A program made the position numbers and the translations under genes. The notes below the pieces were generated by a model. It worked only from the letters and a program-made list of their open reading frames with translations, was not told the DNA's origin and ran no database searches. From NCBI GenBank assembly GCA_002633005.1, contig NMRA01000025.1:663554-727553 (forward strand): a DNA stretch of 64,000 nt, read 5' to 3'. Within the stretch, counting starts at the first letter, position 1. Each line of letters opens with the position of its first letter. Positions 1 through 12,556 of this stretch are shown here, piece by piece. Origin of the DNA: Phoronis australis (taxonomy: Eukaryota; Animalia; Phoronida).

Positions 1-358
1 AGAGCCTTTTAGGTGCTAATTATAGGTGTAGAATGTATTTTCGACGAGGTGAAAACTTTACCAGTGAGCGGATTTCGCATACCGCCCGTTTAAAATACAC
101 GGGACGAAATTAGTACAGAACGCGATACAACATATTGTAGTGCGAATCTGAAGTTCATTTGCCATAACAGCAGGCAATGCTTTTGGACGTTTTTCGAACT
201 AAACGGCTAAAAACTCGAAGACAATAACAGAATACACTCTGCTACCGTATTGGGCAAATGACCAAACGACAAGCTTTTGCCCCACTTCCCGTGACGTCAC
301 AGTTAAGTCTCACATAATCTCGCGTTATTGTTATAAACTCGCAAAAAGCCTATTGAAA
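1..358 (-). mobile_element. End of a young non-autonomous DNA element, same family as 63742-64000 in inverted orientation
   Basis: Positions ~96-358 are the near-perfect reverse complement of 63742-64000. Shared terminus TTTCAATAGGC(C/T)TTTTGCGAGTTT. It abuts a HINE 3' fragment. Confidence 0.8.
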
Positions 359-360
359 TG

Positions 361-578
361 TTCTCAGTGTGAAGAGGATGTTTGATGATGGCGACTGACT
401 ACTGTGGCAACTCCTAATGGTAGCTCTGTTTTGTTTTGCATCCACAGCTGTATTTCGATGGATTGTACGTTTTTGCGCCATCTAGTGGCCATTTTTATGA
501 TACAAATAAATAACCCTAAAAGCACACCATTTGCGATGCATTCGTGGGCGCATTTCAATGCATCGCGTTGCTCTTGTT
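361..578 (+). mobile_element. HINE (Helentron-associated, DINE-1-like) 3' fragment
   Basis: Ends in GTGGGCGCATTTCAATGCATCGCGTTGCTCTTGTT like the other copies; closest to 61723-62372. Confidence 0.8.
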
Positions 579-1003
579 AAGATTTAATATCTAGGTTGGA
601 CTCAAATGACCGGCCATTTAACTCAGGCAATGTCAACTTTCGCTTTGTTTATCGCAGTGAGCCTAACATGGGATTTTATTGTCCGCTGCGTGAGTTAGGT
701 TTATAGATTAATGTCATTACTTTGAAGAAGTGTAACAGCTTATTTCAATCCTTGATGAACTTTAACTGTTTGTCAGGCCAACTGTGCCTTCACTGATTCT
801 AGTTAAAGTCAGACTCTGTGTATGTGTGTCCTGTTTGTAAGATATTTCAAAAGTTCTGAAGTATGGCGAATTAGTCTTCTTGTTTTCTACGATTGTATTT
901 CGTGTGTTGATCTGTCACAAATTTGTTCAAAGACATCATATTTTGTGCCTCCAAAAGTACGCTCAGTCTCACCTCAATAACTCGTCACATTTTATAATGC
1001 TAG

Positions 1004-4000
1004 GTACACGTTGCTCATCGGAAAACCTCCATTTGAGACGAGTTGTCTGAAAGACACATACATGCGTATTAAGAAAAACGAGTTCCACATCCCAGCCGGC
1101 CGCGTCAGTTCAGCTGCGCGTAGCCTCATTATGAAGCTGTTGCGAGCAGAACCCAGCACACGACCCAGCATGCAACAGGTGCTTGAGGACGAATTTTTCA
1201 GCGCAGGTTTGTGGTTTGTCATGTAGATGCAGATGTTGGGCGTGAACTTCAGAGCCCTGATTTCTAAACTCTGAACTCAAAAGTATTTTTGATATGATCT
1301 CAACAAAAGTGTTTGAATAAGTGCTTGAATATATTGCCGTGTATTCAGATGATTGTCTAAACCAAGTTTGCCCTTGATGACCCCAGTGCCATATTTATAG
1401 CTTAAATCTAGAGGTAATTAAGTGCAATTTTGGATATTCATCTGTGTAAACAGTAGTGTGCTCAAGCATAAAATCAGTGTCACTTTTCTTGAATTCTCTC
1501 ATATTACCGGTAAGTAAGATTGAAAATATTGTTTTGGAGTTTGGAGATTAGATTCCGGGCCTAGAAATTGTGGTTTGATTGAGCTTTGGGGATAGTGGTC
1601 ACAAACGTTAACAAAACACAGGTTATAGCATGGTTGAATGTGAACAGCTGATTAAACTTTGTAGAAAAGTCAAAATCTGAAACTGGTATTGGACAGTTTT
1701 TATCATGCACATTTGTTTATTTCTTTAAACCAAGTTGTGCTTTTTGGTGGATGAAAATGCTTGACTATACATTACCATTAAAATGTGCAATTGTCCATTA
1801 AGCTAACCACTTGGAAGTCAACAGGCTAGATTGTTCATTTAAGCAATCCAGCACCTTTTCATTTCCATGTGCAGAGTTTGCCTAACTATCAATTAATAAC
1901 ATTCCAATGAAGGGAATTTATAATTGTGCATCAAACCTGAATTGAACTTTGAAATTTTATAAGGTAACCAAGACAATTTTATACTGTTCTCTCACTGTTT
2001 TGCTTTCATTGCTAACATCCATGTTTTTCAGGGTACTTGCCCGTCCGTCTGCCGACTAGCTGTCTAACAATGGCACCACGTTTCGATCAACTGGCCAGAA
2101 ATGATCGGTTGGTCAGCAAGCCAGATTCTGGCCTTGCTCGCAGGCCACTGATTGAGATCAACGAAGCAGGTAGGCTATTGTAATTACCTTCTCCTCAGTT
2201 GCAGTGAAGCTGCAAACTCTTTTGCCATGTAGTAAGATTTTCTGGTATAGTCACTGGATACTAAATGTGCACAGGAACAAATAATTCTGTCTGACATCAA
2301 GAATATTAAAACCGTTGCTATTGAGCCAATGGGATGTCAAGGCTTGGAACTTTCCTCCTAAAGAGAATTTTCTCTTATTTTTGGATTTCAATTTCCTTTT
2401 ATTTGACTTCTTGTTTCCTCTTCCGTCTCTTTTTTATCATTATTTTGACTACATTCATGCAAATGTGTCCAGTTCAGTTCAGTTAAATTTTACATCACAA
2501 AAAATAGTCCTATCTCACAAGCCTATTTATTTGTGGAAGGATACGTCACTTGGAAAATTTTCCTCCTTTTTGTCATTGTTCATTCCAAACCCTGTTTTCC
2601 ATGCTCATCAGAAACTCGAAAAACTGTAAGACAAAGCAAAATTATTCTTCTGAAAGCTGATTTTTTTTGCAGTTATGCTCGGGAGCTTTCTGTTGTAGCG
2701 TAGCAAAATGGCGGCCACTGCATCAATTGGTCAGTGAGGTTGGAATGCTGAATTATGGGAAGGAATTTATCATTTCAACTCTGCAAGCAAGTTTCTTGTT
2801 GCAAGTGCTTCGTTAGTGTATAGTATTTGTGGAATGTGGTTTATGTACTCATGGCGTACTACACTTTGTTTTTAATAACATTATTATCTGTTATTAAGAG
2901 CATTTATCTCCTCCGTTGTTTACCTTACGCTCTGTTGTGTTGCAGGTGATAGCGCTAGCAGCCGCATGACCAAAGACAAGCGACCGACATCGTCTGATAC
3001 AAAGCCCACCCTCCAGCGCCAGGACAGCGACCAGCCATCCGACTACCTTCTGCCTGATCTGTTTGCTCAGGTGTGCGCTGTAGTCAACAGCAAACCTAGT
3101 GCAAGGGTCGTGGTGCAACAAGGTAAACTAACGTCACTTTAAACTGAAATACAATACATCCCAAGTAGTTTTTCTCGTGCTGTGTTGCCTTGACTGGTGT
3201 AATTATGGGTCATTTTTGTCTGTTTCCTTTTGACAGTAGCAGTTGACCCAATGAAAAATTTGAAAACGTAACGTTAACTTTAAAGTGTCTATGAACCCAC
3301 CCTGTGTCAAAACGTCTTCTAGAAATCTTACCCTCATAGATCTTGCTCCTTGACTCAGGTCAGAGTGAATTTCTGGACTTTGGAACAACTAACAGCTCAT
3401 TATTGCTTGAAACCATGCTCAATAGGTTGGCTCGTCATGCCGCGTCCATTAGCGCCCCTTACATATTAGCGTCCATAAGCGCCCCTTACATATTAGCGTC
3501 CATAAGCGCCCCTTGCATATTGTGTAAATATCATCTTTTTCAGTGAGGCGTGGAATATGTTGCAAGTAGTTTATCCTGTTCAATCCGCCATCTTTTTGAT
3601 CACATTACATATTAGCACCCCTTGCATCGTCTCAAACACTGACAAACTATCAGTTCTTCCCAAGTACAAGTATGATTGAGGAATAACTTGAGACCTGCTT
3701 TGCACCCGTAAGTGGTCTCAATCAAAGATTATTTTCTTTGACGGAGTGCATGGGTTGATATCAGCTTACCTGTGCTTGGAGTGTGATCGCTACTTCATTG
3801 TTTGGTCATTTATAGCACAGAAGCCTTTCACTATTTGTTTTTTGACTGTTGTAAACAGGGCTTGGAATTTTTCTCTTTTAAGAGGATTTCCTCAAGTTCC
3901 TCGTATGTGAATTCCAGTTTCCTATTTTTTCGTCTCTTTTTTATCATTTTGATTTTATTCATGCAAAAACATTTATTTCAGTTGAATTTTACAACACAAA

Positions 4001-6705
4001 AAATATTTCTGTTACACAAGTCTATTTGTGGAACCATACATTACCTGGAAAATTTTCCTCCTTTTTATAATTGGTCATTCCAAGTCCTGTGTGAAAGAGG
4101 TTGCAACCATTGTATTAAGACTTGTTATAAGTCCAAGTGAACATTTGGCCATAAACTGATAATTTCACTGTGAAACTCTCGTCCAGATGAGGCAGAAGAT
4201 CCTGCTTCAGCTCCCATCTTCTGGATCAGCAAATGGGTGGATTACTCGGACAAGTACGGCCTGGGCTACCAACTTTGCGACAACAGTGTCGGTGTGCTCT
4301 TCAACGATTCTACACGACTACTGCTGGCACCTTGTGGAGAGTGAGTAGCTTGCACCTTATGAAGTGTCAGTCACTAGGTTCATGAGTGATGGAAACGTTG
4401 TCAGTTTCATTAGTTCAAATGTTAACATTTTAGCCAGAAAGACAAACTGTCTGCGAAGGGGTTATTTTTGCCAGAAGTTGATTTATTTCCTCACCACCAA
4501 GTCCATTTACGTGAAAATTGATGTCAAAATGCACTCACTCTCTGCCACAAACAAAAATCTCTTACCCCTGCACACATGTGTCCTTTCAAGGCTTTAAAAG
4601 TTCTATAAAAAATCCCAACAGTTTTGGGATTACTCAAAGTGCCAGTAAAGCTTCAGTGAATGTAACATTTGTAACTGTTTACATGATTGTCTTGCTACTA
4701 GTGTTGGTCGTGAACGAGGTGTATGAGTGTTTATTTTCAGCTTGTTTATTTAGTCTGGAAAGATGATAATTTTCTCATAACTAACTTATCCTCATTGCTC
4801 ATTGACAACACTCGGTCTAACACACATTCCATGTCGACTCTATTTAAAGTGATGTCTGTGTCGACTCTATCTAAAGCGATGTCCATGTCATCTCTATTTA
4901 AAGTGATGTGCATGTCGACTCTATTTAAAGTGATGTCCATGTCAATTCTATTTAAAGTGTACTTTCTGCAAGCAACAAATCTATCTTTGTTTTCTCAGCT
5001 TTCATATATAGTCGTCACTAATCAGCCCATATTCGTCGTTTTGGAAAAAATGCTGAATAATATAAAAGCAAGAATTATTAGTCTTTTCACATACCATATA
5101 TTGGTATAATCACTCGACCTGTAGTTATGTATACATGGCTAGCAGAAAGTCCTGGGTCTGAGCTCCGGTCGAGACGGCGATCTTTTCAGGCTTAGGTCAC
5201 CACTACCTCAGTCCCATATTTTATGCATAATATTTTGCCTTCCCTTTTCAGGAACATTCAGTACATCGAGCGTGATCTTACAGAACAGCTGCACACATTG
5301 TTAGCCTACCCTGAGGGTCTGCTCAAGAAAGTAACTCTTCTCAAGTATTTCCGCAACTACATGAATGAACACTTGCTCAAGGTGAGGCCAATTAGCTCAG
5401 AGGTGGGCTTCCTTTCGGTAAAAGTTGGAAAGAGGTGGGCTTCCAACCTGATGGAGTGCTTTCATATCAGACTAAGGGGAAATCCGATTTATTAGAAATC
5501 AACTAGAATAACTGTTTAGTGTGGAATTTTGTTAAATGCTGATATGACTTAATATGGGCGTAGGACTTATTATGTGGCATCTTGTCTAACTCTAGGTATA
5601 ATTGTTTATTTGTAAATTTACTTACCAGGCAAGCTTTTGCATTTTCGACAAGGTGTGTGAAGCAACATCTCTTTAGATTTTGTTGAGATTTTGCCTCAAT
5701 TTAAATGTGTTCTAGGGAAAAATACATGAATATTTAGTCACAGTTTTGTGCATGGTAACTTCATCGAATTTTGTTATAGTCCAGTTCATATTGAAAGCTG
5801 TTGTAAACGTGTTCTGTGGTTTCTTCTTCAGGCTGGTGCAAACATGACCCCGAGAGAAGGAGACGAGATGGCACGCATGCCCTTCCTTAGGACGTGGTTC
5901 AGGACAAAACGGGCTATTGTCTTGCACCTCAGTAACGGCACATTGCAGGTAGGGATACGACACGTGACATTAAATACTAAAGCATAATTAGGTTCCCTAG
6001 CCAACCCTGTAGATGGCATTCTTCACGTCCCGTCATCAGATCTACATTCCTCTTGATGCATTCCTTTTGCGTAATTCCATTATGTGTCAGGCTTTTGTGA
6101 ATACCTGTACAATTCCTCTTAGTATTGTAGTTCTTTCAGAAATGCGTTGCCATCGTGTACTTGTATATTTGTCTCGTTGGGGGAATAGCCTCATCCTAAA
6201 ATACTGCAGCGCCATATCTGATTTTGCCATTCTATTGTTGCATAATGAACGCACACCAAAAACTGTACTAGTTAAGTAAGTCACACTGTGTCATTTTTAC
6301 TTGTCTGTCTCAACACAGAAATGTTAAGCGGCCTCAAAACTTTTACTAGGTTCATCATACAATGCATTTTTATACCTTTGCAAATGAGGAGAGTTGAGTT
6401 CGTAAAGTGGCTTTTTATCAGCTTACTTGTAGCGGTGTTAATGCATGCATTTTTGTTCATGTTTCATGATATTTTTCCAACAGATCAATTTCTTCCGTGA
6501 TCATGACAAGCTGATCATCTGTCCGGTTATGGCTGCTATCACGTATATTGACACTAACCGCGAAGTCCACACATACAAACTCGAGGGAATCGAGAAGTAT
6601 GGCTGCTCATCCACTTTGTCCGATCGTTTGTCCTATGCGAAACAAATGGTGGAGCGGGTAATGGCTGCCAAGTCAGGCTCGGCTAAAGTCAAGTCATCAT
6701 CCTAA
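1004..6705 (+). CDS. PLK1: Polo-like kinase 1, 3' part (end of kinase domain, linker, two polo boxes); 5' exons lie upstream of the window
   Basis: GT-AG exons 1004-1206, 2032-2169, 2946-3122, 4187-4340, 5252-5381, 5832-5948, 6484-6705 (TAA) join in frame. Motifs: [35 protein letters not shown]-box-like [80 protein letters not shown] (His/Lys phosphopeptide pincer). Confidence 0.97.
2339..2594. mobile_element. MITE with (C)AGGGCTTGGAA-type TIRs; second copy 3857-4089, fragment near 11208
   Basis: AGGCTTGGAA...TTCCAAACCCTG here and CAGGGCTTGGAA...TTCCAAGTCCTG at 3857-4089, with similar internal sequence. No clean TSD seen. Confidence 0.65.
3442..3520. repeat. 27-bp minisatellite, 3 copies
   Basis: GCGTCCAT(T/A)AGCGCCCCTTACATATTA repeated. 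A further partial unit at ~3606 follows a SINE-tail fragment (about 3555-3605, same tail as the SINE at ~50250-50305). Confidence 0.85.
4828..4960. repeat. 27-bp minisatellite, about 5 copies
   Basis: ATGTCGACTCTATTTAAAGTGATGTCC-like units in a PLK1 intron. Confidence 0.85.
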
Positions 6706-7785
6706 TCTTGGAACAGTCCATGTATGCGGTCAAAGATATCTTTCCTGAGCTTGGGTTGATCAATAAAGCATAATGACAGAACGACAGAATCAACGACTGT
6801 AATGATGGAGAGGTTCAGTCAAATTTAGTGATTTCTAAATTTGTTGTCACTCGGCGTACAAGATTGAAGTGCAATGTTTCCTGAAACATGCAACATTGCA
6901 CAACATACCCCAGTTGTTCACATTTTTATAACTGCCAAGCTCTCATTATGTTCCACCATCCCAACACAGCAAAGAAACTAGTGCACTCTGCTTTCTCGAT
7001 TGTCCACTGTTTAAAGTGATTAACAGTTTGGAATCTATTTTGACAACTGCGTCTACATTGCTTGTGTGCTCCACTGTATTATAATTGCACAAACTCTGGT
7101 ATCCTGTTGGATACTTGTGTCAGAGAAGGCATGGCATCCAGATGTAGTAATACACCATGTAAACATGTACATAGACAACTGTTGTATGATAAGCCATTAT
7201 GGTGCTAGATAAGATCAAGGTAGTTTTTACTGTATAGTATTTTAGACATGTGACGGCATGTTTTCAACACATACGGAGTCCATTACGTGATGTTTGGTCA
7301 AGCAAGGGGTTTTATATGACAACTCAAAATACACTAGGTGGCACTAGTGATTAAGTTCCTTTCTGTAGAAATGCCTGCATTCAGGTAATCACAACACTAA
7401 TCCTATGAACATTGCCCTGTGCTGGTAAAGTGTTTCCTCAATCTTTAATCTACTTGGGCATCAAAAACATTGTCCATTCTTCAGCAACCCCACTTAGTGA
7501 CTACTGAGTTGCCCACTGGTGATGCCGAACAGCAAAAGTAGCTTTTGCTCAACACAAAAGCACCCTACTAGGAAATATTTTTAAATTGTCATAAAGTTAC
7601 CGATGCTAAACCACAAGCATCATGATATTCATTTCCTTTGTGTTTTGACCAGAATCTGTGCAACAATCTTGTCGTAAAAGTTCTGGAATTAATTACGTCA
7701 TAAAAAATCGTGAGTAACCTGTTGCTTTTATTGTGTTTATGCGAATGATGAGGGAATGTGATACATGAGTCTTTGTGAACCTCTA

Positions 7786-8066
7786 GGGTCAGTTTCATGA
7801 AAGAGGCCAAGATTTTAAGACAGAAATTTGGTCATACGCTCCCACTATATTCGGTGAATAAAGGTTTAGCAAAGTAATTGCGTTCACATCACAGTCTAGA
7901 AATAATGTATAGAACTGTTTTCAGTAACTAACAGTTATGTGTATATTCTCAGAGACTTTACAGTTGTTCTCAAGTGAGTTTTAATCATAGTTCAGAAATA
8001 ATTGTGTAGAGCGCAATACCAAATTTCTGTCTGAAGTCTTGAGTCACTTTTCATGAAACTGACCCC
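7786..8066. mobile_element. Harbinger-like MITE with long imperfect TIRs
   Basis: GGGTCAGTTTCATGAAA...AGACAGAAATTTGGT is mirrored by ACCAAATTTCTGTCT...TTTCATGAAACTGACCC. A related fragment lies at ~51515-51680. Confidence 0.7.
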
Positions 8067-8306
8067 TGGTATTTAATCAAATTGTAAATGTGTTAGTAAC
8101 TTGAATAAATGCAAGGACTTTATCCAGCGAGTTCATTCACTGATCCAGAATTGCATCCGTAATGTGGGTGAGGAAACTCATAATAAGCTGTAAATTTGCT
8201 ATATTTTTCTTCATTAAAGGGTCATTTTGTTTGTGTTTTGTTGTCAATGTTTAATTCTTCACCAGTCTAGAAGTTGAAAAGCATTCAGCGTTCGTACAGT
8301 TCCTAC

Positions 8307-9828
8307 TTTTTATGCGCCCACATATTTATATGTGGACGCATTATGCCGTCATCTCTGTCCGTCCTGGCGGCGTCCGCTGCTCTATCTCCAAAACCCTTTG
8401 ACATACGTTCATGAAATTTGGCACATATGTTCCATTCATGAATGGGACGGCATGTGCGAACTTTCGGACGGATCCCACTACTGGTGTGTCCCCTAGTGGC
8501 AATTTTAGTTTTTTACGCTTACCTTTGTATCTTCAAAAGTCCTGAACGGATTTTCATGAAATTTGGTATATAGGCACCTATTAGTGAGATGACGCTATCC
8601 TGCTGTTTTCAGATGGATTCGACTTAGTTTGCGCCACCTAGTGGCCATTTTTAGTGTTTTCAAGTCTGTTTTTGTGCGTCCACCCCTCTATCAACCAAAC
8701 CGCTCAAAGGATGATTGTGAAAATTGGCATGTATATGCTTACTATGTAGAGGACGGTTGACGATGATTTTCCGACGATTTAGACTACTGTGGCGCCTCCT
8801 AGTGGCAGTTTTTTGGGGGTTTTTTGCGCCCATGGCTGTATCTCCTAAACCTTTTGCGGGATCTTTACGAAATTGTGTAAGTATATTTATATGATGTTAA
8901 CAACGGAAGATGACGACTATTGGACGGATCCAACTACTGGTGTGCCCCCTAGTGGCAATTTTAGTTTTGTACGCTTACCTTTGTATCTTCAAAAGTCCTG
9001 AACGGATTTTCATGAAATTTGGTATGTAGGCACCTATTAGTGAGATGACGCTATCCTACTGTTTTCAGATGGATTCGACGTAGTTTGCGCCACCTAGTGG
9101 CCATTTTTACTGTTTTCGAGTCTGTATTTTTGCGTCCACCCCTCTATCAACCAAACCGCTCAAAGGATGATTGTGAAAATTGGCGTGTATGTGCTTACTA
9201 TAAGGAAGACAGCTGACAATGATTTTCAGACGATTTGGACTACTGTGGCGCCTCCTAGTGGCAGTTTTGTTTTTTTGCGCCCATGGCTGTATCTCCCAAA
9301 CCGTTTGCAGGATCTTTACTAAATTTAGCAAGTGTATTTATGTGATGTTGACAACGGACGATGACGACTTTAGGATGATTCTGACTACCGGTATGCCTCT
9401 AGTGGCAATTTTAGTATTTGCCTCTAGTGGCAATTTTAGTATTTTACATTGACCTCTGTATTTTCATAGGTCTTCAGGTGTATACTTTGTTACTTCGTGA
9501 CTATGAAGGAAAAGTTCAAAGTAGAAATTTGTTTCTGGCATTCTAATGCTGTTCTAATCTCGTATGTTGGTAAATTTGTTTTTAATTCTATGTTTCTGTG
9601 GTGCTTTAAGCAACTGGTGTATAGGATGTGCTTGTATTATGAAGATTACTCACATTTTGCCCCTAGCCTATTGAGGAGATAATGACCATGCCTTTCCATT
9701 TTGCTAAGTACAACATACTACATATATGCCCTCTACTGGCCACTTTATGGTACCACTAAACAACCCTAGAGGGATACCGTATGCGGTGCAATTGTGGGCG
9801 CATTTCAACGCTCTGCGTTGCTCTTGTT
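8307..9828 (+). mobile_element. Full-length HINE / non-autonomous Helentron with an expanded internal tandem array
   Basis: T-rich ends; subterminal inverted repeat TGCGCCCACA / TGTGGGCGCA; 5' hairpin GCGCCCACATATTTATATGTGGACGC; (GTCC)n microsatellite; ~150-bp subunits forming a 456-bp higher-order repeat; 3' hairpin CAACGCTCTGCGTTG then CTCTTGTT. This is the DINE-1/HINE architecture. Confidence 0.88.
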
Positions 9829-10178
9829 AATATATGTTCTACTTTTTCTATTATTTTAGCCGATGCCTAGTTTTTGAAAATTGCATGAAAGAAAAATTGC
9901 TACTTGTTTCTTCCTACTTTCTCTGTCACTTACTCCAGTCCATAATTGTGTGGAAATTACGATATCCTTTTATGGTGCGTTTTTGTCTCATTGGCATTTT
10001 ATCAATTTTTATTTAAATCAATAAGGCCAAAATGTCTTCATTGTAAAAAATACCCCATGAGCTTTTGGATTGACGAGATCAAGTGTTTGTTTTTATTTTT
10101 CACAAATACCATTAAAAGTTGTTGATGTCTTACATTTTCCAAAATTACATTGGTCCTCAATGAATTTAGCTGCCTTAA

Positions 10179-11073
10179 AGGTGAAGGCAACTTTTTTCAT
10201 GTCATTTTTAGCAAAAAATAAGGTTCGTTTATCCCAGACATATTTTTCAGTTAATTACAGCTTTTTGGTAATTTACATAATCACTTGCCCTCTACTCCGG
10301 AAGTGACATTTTGGGAGGCTAGAATTTCGTGCCAATTTATTTTCAAATAGTCTGACTGTGAGAGCTGCCGAGTTAGTCATTTTTCTATCTCGGTTATGAT
10401 AAGTTCGGTCGTCATTTGCTTTTGTTTATGAGTCAGTCAACATGTCACACTGTTGCTGCGTACCGGGATGTACTTATTATCGTCTCATGGACAGAGGAAC
10501 AACTGTCCCACTTGCCCAAGTGTCCCGCGACACATTCCCACTGGATAGTGACCTGAGCACACAAACTGCTTACATCCTGCCACATAACTCCCTTGCCACA
10601 CACCTGGCACCTTCTAAGTAGCCCCAATACCTCAGACAAGTTCACAATAAAGTTTGACTCACCGATCTGTTCATTGAACAATGAACCGTCGTGTTCACTG
10701 GGTGTCAAACTGGGCCTGTATTCACTCCCACTACTCAACATCGCAGCATAGATGCTTACAGGCTATGAGCGATAATGAGTACATCCCAGTACGCAGCAAC
10801 AGTGTGGCACCTTGACTGACTCGTAAACAACAGCAAACGATGACCGAACTTATCACAACCGAGGTAGAACAATGACCAACTCGACAGCTCTCCTAATCAG
10901 ACTATATGAAAAGAAATTGGAGAGAATTCTTGCCTCCCAAAACGTCACTTCCGGAGTAGAGAACGAATAATTTAATTATGGAAAGCTGTAATTAAATGAA
11001 AAATATGTCTGGGATAATCAACGAACCTTATTTTTGCTAAAATGACATGAAAAAACTAAGGTTGCCTTTGCCT
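10179..11073 (-). mobile_element. Non-autonomous Kolobok element with ~300-bp TIRs and a transposase relic
   Basis: TTAA TSD (10175-78, 11074-77); AGG...CCT termini; arms ~10179-10481 and ~10770-11073. The internal minus ORF (FIVNLSEVLGLLRRCQVCG...QWECVAGHLGKWDS) resembles the CxxC-C-GH-W region of Kolobok transposases. Confidence 0.8.
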
Positions 11074-12556
11074 TTAAACATGTAAGCCCCATGAGGCAGA
11101 TTTTAATGTTGTTTCATCATGATACACTAGAGGGCTCTGTGATCTGAAAAATAATATTCCAAATGTATATAAGTATTCCTTTTTTCAAAAATGAAAAAGT
11201 CCCTAGTTCAGGGCTGGGAATCACCCACAACAAATGAGGAAAATTTTCCAGGTGGCGTATCGTTCTAAAAAAATGCCGTGCCACTTTTTCACAAGTTGTC
11301 TGTGAATCCTGAGCATTACTAGGTTGATCCATACTAAACTGCTGTGGAATGAACCAGTAACTAAAGTCTGCAGTGTGAGCTACTAACAGATTACTGATAG
11401 TTTTACAAACTCAGCATTAAATCGGGACAAAATTGAAATCTTGTATAACCTCCTGCAAGGTATAGAGCATAGGGAAAACAGCAGGACATCTTACAAACCT
11501 CGGGTAGATTCCTACTGGGTGGTAACAAATTGGCACCATAAGATGATAAAAACATCTACCTTAGTTGCTTTTTATCACAAAAAGTCTCGTTGGGCAGACT
11601 ACACATCACTGTTGCAAGCATAATTTTAATTTTTTGCATAGCAGAACTGTGTTGCAGTACAACAGAGCCAAAGCGCAAATATAAACATCAAGTTGTTATT
11701 AAATGTATTTTTATACAACATAACAAAACCATACGTACAAGAATATAACATTACAGAAACAAACACTAAACGTTATACTGGGATTGCCAAAATTAACTTA
11801 TTAAAATAATTTTCAAAAACAGGTTTTACAAAGTCAGCATGTGGTACAATTTTAGAACATTTTTCTGCTTATTTTCTAGATTCACATTATTAATAAAATT
11901 TTTTCCATTTTCCTCATGATTTTCGTCTTAACTTCAACAAACTAGACATCGTCAATAAGATGTCGCCAATTTTTTTTAATTATAATGTACAAAATTTTGT
12001 GACATGCACCCAGCTTTACATAAACTTCAGATGATTATTTTTCATAGCACTGATAAAAGGGGAGACAACTTCCACTATAGAAAGTCTCGTTAGTCAGACA
12101 TGCATAAGTCAAATTTTTGTTGAACTCTGACTAAGTTCCAGTTCAAGCATTCAGTCCTTCAGATAAATGGAGTTAAGTGAATAAGACTCTAAGTGACTAA
12201 CACTCTAAGTGAATAAGACTCTGATGAAATCCTTAAGTCATATTAGATCCAATTTATACGTATTAGCACATCTTGCTTGGAATGTATTTTATATTCAGGA
12301 CAATTGAATTTAACAAAATCCAACAAATTTTCGGCATTTACAGTTATAACAAAACATTTGTATAAAAGGCACGTAACATTCCAAAAAAATACACAAATTA
12401 ATTCTGTATCCGTCTTAAAAAACAATACCAACCCGAAAATTCACCAAGTTGCGCATTTCTGCCAGTAAATCAATGTATATAAGTTCCTGTAAATAAGTTA
12501 CGTTATATTCAAGGCAAGAAATTCAGATTCATTGTAAATAGAACTCACAAGTTACG

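Noticed and set aside
9107-9682. Recurrent 60-90-aa ORFs (MLNLVKILQTVWEIQPWAQ..., MIFRRFGLLWRLLVAV...) also at 22.1 kb and 56.1 kb
   Set aside because: They recur only because they lie within near-identical HINE copies; no protein motif is evident.
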